The notes under the pieces: generated by a model
Database searches by the model: none
What the model was told of the DNA's origin: nothing
What the model saw: the letters and a program-made list of their open reading frames with translations, nothing else
NCBI GenBank assembly: GCA_049325335.1
Contig: JBMOMC010000007.1
Location: 64,001 to 128,000, forward strand
DNA: 64,000 nucleotides
Origin: Nitrospirota bacterium
GTDB taxonomy: Bacteria > Nitrospirota > Nitrospiria > 2-01-FULL-66-17
Reading direction: 5' to 3'
Program-made: the position numbers and the translations under genes
In this document: piece by piece, positions 10,053 to 19,852 of the stretch
Position numbering within the stretch: position 1 is the stretch's first letter
How the letters are laid out: each line of letters starts with the position of its first letter

Positions 10053-11040
10053 TGTAGATATCCGTCTTGTACCGTGCCAGGTTCTTGCCGTCGCTGAACC
10101 ATTCGATCGTCCTCTTCAAGCCGTCCCGAAGATCGATGGTCGGTCGAAAGCCGGTCAGCTTGTAGAGCTTCGAGTGATCGCAAACGAGCCGCTCGACCTC
10201 GCTGCGCTCCGGACGGATTCGCGCCGATTCGCTGTCAACTGTCACATCGGCCCGCCCTATGAGGTCCTTGATCAAGGTCACCGTCTCACCGATCGAGATC
10301 TCCGCGTGTGAACCGATGTTGACGGCCACGCCCACCGCCTCATCGGACTCGGCCAAGGCGACCAACCCCCGGCACGTATCTTCCACATAGGTGAAATCAC
10401 GGGTCGGATGCAGGCTCCCCAACTTGATCCGTCGTATTCCGGAGAGAATCTGCGTGATCACGGTCGGAATAACCGCCCGGGCGGACTGCCGAGGGCCGTA
10501 GGTGTTAAACGGCCGCGCGATGGTGACCGGCAACTGAAAGGCGTGAAAAAAACTCAACGCCAGGGCGTCCGCGGAAATCTTGCTCGCGCTGTACGGCGAT
10601 TGCGGCTGCAACGGATGGTTTTCGTCGATCGGCACGTACCGTGCCGTGCCGTACACCTCGCTCGTCGACGTGTGAACCACGCGATCCACGCCGTTTTCCA
10701 GTGCGGCCTGCACCACGTTGACGGTTCCGGTGATATTCGTCTGAACGTAGCTATCCGGTGCACTATAGGAATACGGGATGGCGATCAGGGCGGCTAAGTG
10801 GAAAATCACATCAATATCCTGAGAGATTTTTTTCAGCAGGTGGGCGTCCCGGATATCGCCGACGACCACGTCGATGTCGTTCCGGCACCCGATCTCTTCC
10901 AGCCACCCCCACGTGTTGAACGAGTTATAGAGACTCAGGGCGCGAACGGATGCGCCGCGTCGGACGAGCATCTCCGCAAGGTGGGAGCCGATGAATCCGT
11001 CGGCCCCCGTGATCATCACTTTTTTCCCGGAAAGATTCAT
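10045..11040 (-). CDS. NAD-dependent 4,6-dehydratase, LegB-like
   Basis: TGADGFIGSHL, YNSFNTWGWLE, HLAALIAIPYSY, QPQSPYSASK and RPFNTYGPRQSARAVIPT, characteristic of the LegB subgroup. Confidence 0.88.
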   Translation of the reverse strand: MNLSGKKVMITGADGFIGSHLAEMLVRRGASVRALSLYNSFNTWGWLEEIGCRNDIDVVVGDIRDAHLLKKISQDIDVIFHLAALIAIPYSYSAPDSYVQTNITGTVNVVQAALENGVDRVVHTSTSEVYGTARYVPIDENHPLQPQSPYSASKISADALALSFFHAFQLPVTIARPFNTYGPRQSARAVIPTVITQILSGIRRIKLGSLHPTRDFTYVEDTCRGLVALAESDEAVGVAVNIGSHAEISIGETVTLIKDLIGRADVTVDSESARIRPERSEVERLVCDHSKLYKLTGFRPTIDLRDGLKRTIEWFSDGKNLARYKTDIYNV

Positions 11041-11141
11041 CGCTCGCTCGCCGTCCGTGAGACGTCCCGCCCGACATCACGCCGCCGGTATCCGCCGCCC
11101 GCCGCATACACACAGGCTTCCCGAAGGCTTCCGTCCACCAC

Positions 11142-12110
11142 CTACTGTGCCCTCACCCGTTCACAGCCCCGCAATACTCCCGACACCCCCGCGCTCCCGA
11201 ACCATGCGTAGGTCCGCTCAACGCCTTCCCGCAACCTCGTGTGCGCCTTCCATCCCATCGCGTGCAGACGGGATACGTCCAACAGCTTGCGGGGCGTGCC
11301 GTCCGGTTTGGTCGGATCCCAGACGATCGCCCCCTCGAACCCGACGACCGTGCCGATCAACGACGCCAAATCCCGAATCGAGATGTCCTCTCCGACCCCG
11401 ACGTTGATCGGTTCACTCGCCTCGTAATGGCGCATCAGAAACAGACACGCGTCAGCCTGGTCGTCCACGTGCAGGAACTCCCGTCTCGGATTTCCCGTCC
11501 CCCATACGACCACCTCACGTTTCCCCGCGATCGTGGCTTCATGGAACTTCCGGATCAGTGTCGGAAGGACGTGGGCCGTTTCGAAATCAAAGTTGTCGCC
11601 GGGGCCGTATAGATTCGTCGGCATCGCGGAGATGAACCGCGTCCCGTATTGACGATTGTAGGATTGACACATGACGATGCCCGCGATTTTCGCGACCGCA
11701 TACGGCGCATTGGTGGGTTCGAGCGGTCCGGTCAGTAAATACTCCTCCTTGATCGGTTGCGGGCAGTCGCGGGGGTAGATGCAGGAACTGCCCAGGAACA
11801 GCAGTTTCCGCACGCCGTGGCGATAACTTTCGTGAATGACGTTGGTTTGGATCGACAGGTCGTCGTAGATGAACTCCGCCGGTGCGGTGTAATTGGCCCA
11901 GATCCCGCCCACCTTCGCGGCGGCAAGGAACACGTAGTCGGGGCGTTCGGCGTCGAACAAAGCGCGGACCGCTGCCCCGTCCCGCAGATCGAGCTCCTGC
12001 GAGGTCCGCACCACCAATCGCCGGTAGCCCTCGGCTTGCAGCCGCCGCACAATGGCCGATCCCACCATGCCGCGGTGGCCGGCGACGTAAATTTTGGCGT
12101 CTCGCTCCAT
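11142..12110 (-). CDS. fcl: GDP-L-fucose synthase
   Basis: [48 protein letters not shown] and [10 protein letters not shown] motifs. Confidence 0.96.
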   Translation of the reverse strand: MERDAKIYVAGHRGMVGSAIVRRLQAEGYRRLVVRTSQELDLRDGAAVRALFDAERPDYVFLAAAKVGGIWANYTAPAEFIYDDLSIQTNVIHESYRHGVRKLLFLGSSCIYPRDCPQPIKEEYLLTGPLEPTNAPYAVAKIAGIVMCQSYNRQYGTRFISAMPTNLYGPGDNFDFETAHVLPTLIRKFHEATIAGKREVVVWGTGNPRREFLHVDDQADACLFLMRHYEASEPINVGVGEDISIRDLASLIGTVVGFEGAIVWDPTKPDGTPRKLLDVSRLHAMGWKAHTRLREGVERTYAWFGSAGVSGVLRGCERVRAQ

Positions 12111-12115
12111 ACGGG

Positions 12116-13238
<1,123 letters not shown>

Positions 13239-13284
13239 ACCGAGCCATGCGTTCGCACACCATAACGACGGGCACTGCATGCCG

Positions 13285-14067
13285 CTAGAGCGCCGTCCGT
13301 CGAAACGCCAGGAGTTTGTATCCGGTGACGAAACAGGCGGCGCGAAGCCGTTTCACAAACAACGTCCACCGCCGTGTCGGCGCATGGTGTTGGGCCGCGA
13401 GATAATTCTCGTCAAACTGACGTTCATAGTTCGCCCCACTTTTGCTGGTGTCATACCAACGAAAACACGCCAGGCGATCCGGCAGGTACAATGGATCGCT
13501 GACTTTGCCGAATCGCAACCACAATTCGTAGTCAAACGCCAGAGGAAACCGGGGATCGAGCAGGCCGACCCCGTCAAAAAGCGACCGGCGCCAGAACACG
13601 GTCATCTGGCTGATAAAGTTCTCCCGGAGCAACCGCGAATACGAATACCGCGCGGCGCACCAATGTTTGTAGGCGCTGACCACGTGCCGGATGACGCGAT
13701 CGTGCTCGTCGATGATATCGCAACGTCCGTGCAACCACTGGAGGTTGTGATCGCGGTCAAACGCGTCTTTCACCCGCGCCAACGCGCCGGGCCGCAGCAG
13801 ATCGTCGCTGTTGACCCAACCCACGATGTCGCCGGTGGCGAGCCGGAAGCCTCGGTTGATCGCGTCGATCTGGCCGTGATCGCGCGCGCTGCTCCAGCGG
13901 ATGCGGCCGTCGTATGTGCGGAGAATCTCGAGGGTCTCGTCGGTGCTTCCGCCGTCGAGCACCAAATACTCCAACTCAAAATCGCCACGCTGGCCGAGGA
14001 TGCTCTCGATCGTGCGTTCGATGAATCGCCCTTGGTTGAACGAGGGAGTGATGATCGAAATCTTCAC
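13285..14067 (-). CDS. Glycosyltransferase family 2 (WcaE-like)
   Basis: KISIITPSFNQG, DGGSTD, AINRGF, WVNSDD and AFDYELWLR motifs. GTG start at 14067 overlaps the upstream stop. Confidence 0.9.
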   Translation of the reverse strand: MKISIITPSFNQGRFIERTIESILGQRGDFELEYLVLDGGSTDETLEILRTYDGRIRWSSARDHGQIDAINRGFRLATGDIVGWVNSDDLLRPGALARVKDAFDRDHNLQWLHGRCDIIDEHDRVIRHVVSAYKHWCAARYSYSRLLRENFISQMTVFWRRSLFDGVGLLDPRFPLAFDYELWLRFGKVSDPLYLPDRLACFRWYDTSKSGANYERQFDENYLAAQHHAPTRRWTLFVKRLRAACFVTGYKLLAFRRTAL

Positions 14068-15431
14068 GGCGCGCCCTTGACCGACCGGCGCGTCGAGACG
14101 GTCGTGCACAGAATGAACGCGACCCACAACGCGGCCAACGGCGCGACATGCAGAATCAACCGGTGCAACAGCGTGTGATCGAACAAAAACTTCGTCATCG
14201 ATTCCTTGGTCACGAACAGCCACACCAGCACGGCAAAATAGATGACGACCGGCCAAGACAAAAAGATATGCTCCGCCTGAACCGTCGAGCGCAAGCGCAA
14301 TAGAAACACCACAAAGAACACCGTCCACACCAGCATCCAGTTGCCGCTCATAAACAACGATTGCCCGAACGCGGCGGCAACCGGCCAGACCCGATCAACG
14401 CTACCGGCAAGCGGGGCCAGGTTCGACACCAACGCCGTTTCGAACCCGGCGCGAGGCCGCACCGCCGCCCAGGCGGCCCATACCGCGGCGGCCGGACCCA
14501 GATACACCAGGCGCTCCTTCACCGACACCTTCATCACCGTGAGCAACAACGCATTGGCGATGATGAAGACCGGGCCATCCACTCTGGTCAACACCGCGCC
14601 CACGCCAAACAGCGCGGCCACGAACAGCCCGTGTCGACGATGCGTGCAGAGAAAGTGCGTCAGCGCCACGCTCTGCCCCAGCACAAAATACGCGAGCGGG
14701 AGGTCGGTGTACGGTTCGTGACTGTGTTGAACGGTCAGGGGGATGGCGCCGACAAACAGCGCGCCGAATACCGCGAGGCCCGGCGAAAACCGTTCCCGCA
14801 AGGCTCCGTATGCCATGAGACCCATGGCCGGGAAATATCCCCACACCGCGAGTTTGATCGCGGTTTCGCTCCAGGATCCGGAGAGCAAGACCGCCCAGAC
14901 CTGTTGCAGCGGGGGTCCCAACGGATAATCCGGGGTGTTGACGGTCCCTAAGAGATTGAGCGGAATCATGCCGGTCGCGTAAATCATCTTGGCTTTCACG
15001 GCATAGACGTACCACGCGTCCCATGCCGTGATGGGCCGAACCCAGGCTCGCAGCAGGGTCAGCAGGGTCAGCGCCGAGCCGATCCCGATGCCGACGATGC
15101 CCCCGATACCGAGTCCGGCCCAGAACGTCTCGCGCCGACCCTGCGTTCCAACCGGCGCCGTCACACGGAACGGAACGCTCGTGAACCCCGCCCATCGTCC
15201 GATCACCCACCCCACCACAGCGGACGCGACCACGGCCAGCGCAACCGAGATCAGGGAGAGCGGTAGTCCGAGAAGGCCCATGCCACCCATGACCAGCATG
15301 ACCCACACCGTGCCGATGCCGTACGCCATCCCACATCGCGCGGCGGGATGAAAGGACCCCAGCCACGGCGTGACCAGGAACCCAAGACCCCACAGGCTGA
15401 CGAGGCCGAACACCGCCATCACCGACGTCAC
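14064..15431 (-). CDS. GT-C fold membrane glycosyltransferase (ArnT/PMT-like)
   Basis: More than 10 hydrophobic segments, with WDAWYVYAVKAK...DYPLGPP, YTDLPLA and TRVDG motifs. GTG start at 15431. Confidence 0.7.
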   Translation of the reverse strand: MTSVMAVFGLVSLWGLGFLVTPWLGSFHPAARCGMAYGIGTVWVMLVMGGMGLLGLPLSLISVALAVVASAVVGWVIGRWAGFTSVPFRVTAPVGTQGRRETFWAGLGIGGIVGIGIGSALTLLTLLRAWVRPITAWDAWYVYAVKAKMIYATGMIPLNLLGTVNTPDYPLGPPLQQVWAVLLSGSWSETAIKLAVWGYFPAMGLMAYGALRERFSPGLAVFGALFVGAIPLTVQHSHEPYTDLPLAYFVLGQSVALTHFLCTHRRHGLFVAALFGVGAVLTRVDGPVFIIANALLLTVMKVSVKERLVYLGPAAAVWAAWAAVRPRAGFETALVSNLAPLAGSVDRVWPVAAAFGQSLFMSGNWMLVWTVFFVVFLLRLRSTVQAEHIFLSWPVVIYFAVLVWLFVTKESMTKFLFDHTLLHRLILHVAPLAALWVAFILCTTVSTRRSVKGAP

Positions 15432-16567
15432 GTCGCGCGTACCCGAAAGAGGCAAAATCGTTCAGCCTCTCTCACGAGAACCAGATCGGATTCCAGCGTG
15501 CCGCACGGCGCGTGGGCGCCGGCGAAATAGTGCAGCCGGAGCGTGGCGTCGCTGAGCACGAGCGGAACCGGCGCCAAATAATAGCCGGCGCGTCCACGCC
15601 AGTATTGGCCCAGGGAATCCGCCTCGTGGACAATCAGTTCGATGGAATCGCGCGCCGTCGCCATCGCGGCCACGTCGCGCATATCCCGTGAGAGGGGTGC
15701 GCCGTCCATGGTGTGATACGCCTCATCTGCGCTAAGCCCCCAGAACCGCTGTACGTCGATGCCGAGGGCCACCGACTGATGGTAGATCAGAAAACCCACC
15801 CCAAGCCCCCAGATCGCCATCAGGCCTTGCGCGGCTCTCGTACGAATCGCCACCCGCCACCCCGCCGTGCCGCGCAGCCCGAACACCACGATCGCCAATA
15901 CGACGATCGCGAAAAACAGCCAGTGCCAGAGCGATCGGCCGCGAATCGACGGCGGCTCCACGAAATTGATCGAGGAGCCCGCGAGGGCGAGGCTGACCCC
16001 TGGGTTGGGCGATACCGCTTCCCCCAGCAAAGACGCCACGGACACCGCGACGAACCGGACCGACCCCACCGCGACGGGCTGCGGAACGAGCGACGGGATG
16101 AGAACCGCTTCCCGCACAACGCCCAGCGGCAACCCGGATAAGTCCAGGTCCAACGTTTCCATGGTTTCGCCACGGGTCGTGAACCGGAGCGACAGTCGCT
16201 TCGTCCCCCCGCCGGTGTCCACCACCAAGCCGAGCAGTCCCTCCGAGGCGCGTTCCGTGCGCAACGACACGGTGAGCCGTCGATAGTCCCGAAGGTCGAG
16301 CGACAGGGGACCGCTCCGCAAGATGGGAGGGTCTTTCCGCGGGGTCAGACCGATCCCATTCGCCAGGAGAGTCACCTCGGCGTTGGGCGACGTCCACGTC
16401 GTCGCCTGTCCGCCTGAAAACTCCCACCGATCCTGCCCCATCCGCGCGGAATCGAACTGACATCCGCCGAGCAGCCATCCCATCCCCGCCACGACGAGCA
16501 CGAGACCGTTGCGCCATCGCGGATCGCCCATCCCCGATTGTTTCCTCACGCGCCGCCCCATCCCCAT
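15428..16567 (-). CDS. Hypothetical membrane protein, possible lipoprotein, with a periplasmic beta-rich domain
   Basis: LLGGC lipobox-like sequence, a beta-rich domain, then two TM helices. Tightly coupled to both neighbours. Confidence 0.55.
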   Translation of the reverse strand: MGMGRRVRKQSGMGDPRWRNGLVLVVAGMGWLLGGCQFDSARMGQDRWEFSGGQATTWTSPNAEVTLLANGIGLTPRKDPPILRSGPLSLDLRDYRRLTVSLRTERASEGLLGLVVDTGGGTKRLSLRFTTRGETMETLDLDLSGLPLGVVREAVLIPSLVPQPVAVGSVRFVAVSVASLLGEAVSPNPGVSLALAGSSINFVEPPSIRGRSLWHWLFFAIVVLAIVVFGLRGTAGWRVAIRTRAAQGLMAIWGLGVGFLIYHQSVALGIDVQRFWGLSADEAYHTMDGAPLSRDMRDVAAMATARDSIELIVHEADSLGQYWRGRAGYYLAPVPLVLSDATLRLHYFAGAHAPCGTLESDLVLVREAERFCLFRVRAT

Positions 16568-16570
16568 ACG

Positions 16571-17506
16571 TTATTTCGGGGTCGCTTGAATATCGAGGAT
16601 AATCGCCTGGAGCATCAGCTCAAAGCCGATCAAAAAGGGGAGCACGCCCAACATCACGGTCCCGGTCGTCGCGATCTCGCCGAAGACCCACGACCGCCAC
16701 CACGTGTACGCGCCGAAACCGGCGCCCCAGACCAACAGCGGCAAGCCCAACAGGAGAAACAGCGCCACCGGCGAAAAATCCCGCAACACGTACTTCTGAT
16801 AAATCCGGTACCAGAATCGACGAAACAGGTACGGGGGGAACGACCCCAGCACGCGCGAGACTTTCAGATTGGACACTTCGTCCCCGTAGATCGCGGGAAT
16901 CGCCACGTCCTTCACGCGGAATCCCAAAATATTAAGATGGATGAGGAGATCGTTTTCAAAGAAAAACCGCCGAGCCAGACGAGCCAGATCCAGTTGCGCC
17001 AACGCCTCGCGACGAATCGCGAGATAGCCGTTTTGAGGATCGAACACGTTCCAATACCCCGAGGTCAACTTGGTTAGAAAGGTCAACACAAAGTTGCCGA
17101 ACAGCCGGTGCCGAGGCATGGCGGAGAGTTCGGCCGAGTGCAAAAACCGATTGCCCTTCGCGTAATCATAGCCTTGGATCGTGACGGCATCGAGGAGCGC
17201 CGGCAGATGCCCGGGGTCCATCTGCCCGTCGCCGTCCATCTTGACCACCACTTTCACGCCGTCTTCGAGCGCCCGGCGAAAACCCGTGATAGTCGCGCCT
17301 CCGACGCCTTCATTGACCTCGTGGCGGAGCACCGTCACGCGGTCCGACGCGACGCTGCGCGCCGTGGCGAACGTCTCATCCCGGCTCGCGTCGTCCACGA
17401 CGAACACACGGTCGACCCACTCGGGCATCCCCTCGATCACCTTCCGGACCGAGCGCGCCACGTTGTAGGCCGGAATCACGACGCCTATGGTGCGACCGCG
17501 ATACAT
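16571..17506 (-). CDS. GT2, DPM1-like polyprenyl-phosphate sugar synthase with two C-terminal TM helices
   Basis: VVIPAYN, VDDASRD, VKMDGDGQMDP, GNRF and DPQNGY motifs. Confidence 0.85.
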   Translation of the reverse strand: MYRGRTIGVVIPAYNVARSVRKVIEGMPEWVDRVFVVDDASRDETFATARSVASDRVTVLRHEVNEGVGGATITGFRRALEDGVKVVVKMDGDGQMDPGHLPALLDAVTIQGYDYAKGNRFLHSAELSAMPRHRLFGNFVLTFLTKLTSGYWNVFDPQNGYLAIRREALAQLDLARLARRFFFENDLLIHLNILGFRVKDVAIPAIYGDEVSNLKVSRVLGSFPPYLFRRFWYRIYQKYVLRDFSPVALFLLLGLPLLVWGAGFGAYTWWRSWVFGEIATTGTVMLGVLPFLIGFELMLQAIILDIQATPK

Positions 17507-17605
17507 CCTGTCACCCCGTGACGACCGCCGCGGTCTGCCCCGCGATGAACCATGGCCTCACCGCGCGCCGGATCTCGCGCCGAACAACCGCCTCGCGCGT
17601 CGCCC

Positions 17606-17977
17606 TCATGGTGAAACCGATTTGGCGTCGTGATCGCTCAGTTGTTTGAGCTCCGTTTTCAGGATCGCCAATTCCTGGGACACGTCCTTGACCCGATCAT
17701 AGAGACCGGACAGCTTGGTGGAATAATACAGGTTGATAATGATGAGGAACAGCAAACCGAAGAAAAAGAGCGTCGACGTCGGCAACACGCCCCCGATCAA
17801 CTCCGTGAGGGACACCAGCAGGCGGTACCAGCTCGCGAGCACGATAATCACGACGCCCGTCAATAACCACAACCACGAATACTCCTCTCTGAGCATTCGT
17901 CTCCGCACAAGATCGACGATCAAGACAAACAGGAGAAGGCTGATGCTGATGGCGACAATTTTCTGCTGAATCGGCAT
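17606..17977 (-). CDS. DUF2304-like small membrane protein (partner of DPM1-like GT2)
   Basis: Three TM helices, LREEYSWLW and a coiled tail DVSQELAIL. Lies directly after a DPM1-like GT2. Confidence 0.8.
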   Translation of the reverse strand: MPIQQKIVAISISLLLFVLIVDLVRRRMLREEYSWLWLLTGVVIIVLASWYRLLVSLTELIGGVLPTSTLFFFGLLFLIIINLYYSTKLSGLYDRVKDVSQELAILKTELKQLSDHDAKSVSP

Positions 17978-17994
17978 GGAACGTCTCTCCCTTG

Positions 17995-18801
17995 TTATGT
18001 ATCAACGCGCCGGACAAACCGGTCGTTTCGCAGCAACGTGACGAAGATGGACAAGAACATCTTGAACAGATAGTACACCGGCTTCAACCCGCTGTGCATC
18101 GACTCGCCGACCATTCTGGCGTGCATGGTGACCGGTATTTCCCGAATCCGTAACCCCGCCTTGTGCAGCATGATGATGACATCCGCGTCCGGGTAATCCA
18201 CGGGATAATACGGACTCGCGTAAAAACGCAGGGCGTCCCGATTCAAGGCCTGAAAGCCCGACGTCGGATCCGTTGATCTCTGCCCGGTGATGATCGACAC
18301 CACCTTCCGAAACACGTAAATTCCGGCCCGCCGCGACAACGCAGCCTCATACCGCGGGCTGTCGGCCAAAAACCGCGATCCGATCACCACATCCACGTCG
18401 CCTTTTCGAATTTCATCGAGCAAGGCTTGGATCGAAGCCGGATCATGTTGTCCATCCGCATCCATCTGGACCACATATTGATACCGCTTCATCAAGGCGA
18501 ACTTAAACCCGGTCTGGACCGCGGCCCCATACCCCATGTTAAACGGCAGCTTCGCGACCAGGGCGCCCGCTTTCTCCGCCGCCCGAGCGGTTCGGTCTCT
18601 CGATCCGTCATCCACGATGAGAATATCGACTCCGGGCGCCTTCGACCGGATCTGGTCCACCGTCGTGGGAATATTGCGCTCTTCATTAAACGCCGGAATG
18701 ACGATCAGCACCTTCCCCTGGTCAACGCGCGCGGAACGTTCGAGCGTCACGTCACGACCCGGGATATCGGCGCGGTACGCCGGCGACCGCGGATTGATCA
18801 T
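17995..18801 (-). CDS. GT2, DPM1-like polyprenyl-phosphate glycosyltransferase
   Basis: IPAFNEE, VDDGSRD, NMGYGAAVQTG, QMDADGQHDP, GSRF and TDPTSGF motifs. Confidence 0.9.
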   Translation of the reverse strand: MINPRSPAYRADIPGRDVTLERSARVDQGKVLIVIPAFNEERNIPTTVDQIRSKAPGVDILIVDDGSRDRTARAAEKAGALVAKLPFNMGYGAAVQTGFKFALMKRYQYVVQMDADGQHDPASIQALLDEIRKGDVDVVIGSRFLADSPRYEAALSRRAGIYVFRKVVSIITGQRSTDPTSGFQALNRDALRFYASPYYPVDYPDADVIIMLHKAGLRIREIPVTMHARMVGESMHSGLKPVYYLFKMFLSIFVTLLRNDRFVRRVDT

Positions 18802-18817
18802 CCGTCACCTCCATCAT

Positions 18818-19852
18818 TCATTCCCGTAGGACGACGTCGCGCATGGTAACGCCATGGTCGCGCAACCAGCGATGGACCTCTTCGCGCGCGATCCGCCCCG
18901 ACCGATCGCGGCGGCGGGCGCGCCACATGGCGGGCGCACCGCGGAGCGCCGCCAGGTAGGCTCGGCCGACCATCCGGACGAGCGCCCACGGCGAGGAGGT
19001 CTTCACGGCGCGCCCTGCGGCCCCTTGCCCACTCACGGCCGCGTAGGTCTGCCAGATCAGCCGCGCGATCGTCCAGAGGGGCGAGAGAGCCAGCGCCGAC
19101 CACGGGAACGATTTTACCATCACCCACACGCGGTTCCGCTCCACCAGAAACACTTTCCGCAGCGAATATTTTCCCGCAGACAGCGAATACCGGTGGCGCA
19201 CCACCGCATCCGGCGCATACCGGCACCGCCAGCCCGCCAGTCGCGCCCGCAGCCCCAGATCGATGTCTTCGCAGTACATAAAAAATCGTTCGTCGAACGT
19301 CCCGATCTCCGCCAGCATCGCGCGGCGGTACAATGCCGCGCACCCGCTGGGCACCAACACCTCTTCCGAACGATCGAATCGACCGTCGTCGCGTTCGAGC
19401 CGGCCCCGCCCCCGTCCCAGTCCGTCCCGGGCGAGCAGCAGTCCCGCGCTGTCGATCACCGTGGGATCATCGTGGGAGATGATTTTCGAGGCGCACATCC
19501 CCACGCGCACATCGCGCTCCGCTTCGCAGACCAGCGCCGCCACCCAACCGGAGTCGGCGGTCGCGTCGTTGTTGATCAGCGCCACGTAGTCGCCCGAGGC
19601 CTCGGCCATGCCGTCGTTGTTTCCGCCTGCGAAACCTCGGTTCTCCCGATTGACGATCACCCGAATCTTCCCGCCGTATCGCTCGCGCAGAAGCGGCACC
19701 GAGCCGTCCGTGGACCCGTTGTCCACCACAAGAATCTCCAGCCGCGGATAGGTCTGGGCCAACAACGAATCCACGCATTCCGACACGTAAGATTCGCCGT
19801 TCCAATTCACGACGATCACCGACACACGCGGCGGACCGGAGGCGGTCGTCAC
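18818..19852 (-). CDS. GT2 (WbbL/rhamnosyltransferase-like)
   Basis: VIVVNWNG, NRGFAGGNN, LINNDA and FDERFFMYCEDIDLGLR motifs. Confidence 0.88.
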   Translation of the reverse strand: MTTASGPPRVSVIVVNWNGESYVSECVDSLLAQTYPRLEILVVDNGSTDGSVPLLRERYGGKIRVIVNRENRGFAGGNNDGMAEASGDYVALINNDATADSGWVAALVCEAERDVRVGMCASKIISHDDPTVIDSAGLLLARDGLGRGRGRLERDDGRFDRSEEVLVPSGCAALYRRAMLAEIGTFDERFFMYCEDIDLGLRARLAGWRCRYAPDAVVRHRYSLSAGKYSLRKVFLVERNRVWVMVKSFPWSALALSPLWTIARLIWQTYAAVSGQGAAGRAVKTSSPWALVRMVGRAYLAALRGAPAMWRARRRDRSGRIAREEVHRWLRDHGVTMRDVVLRE

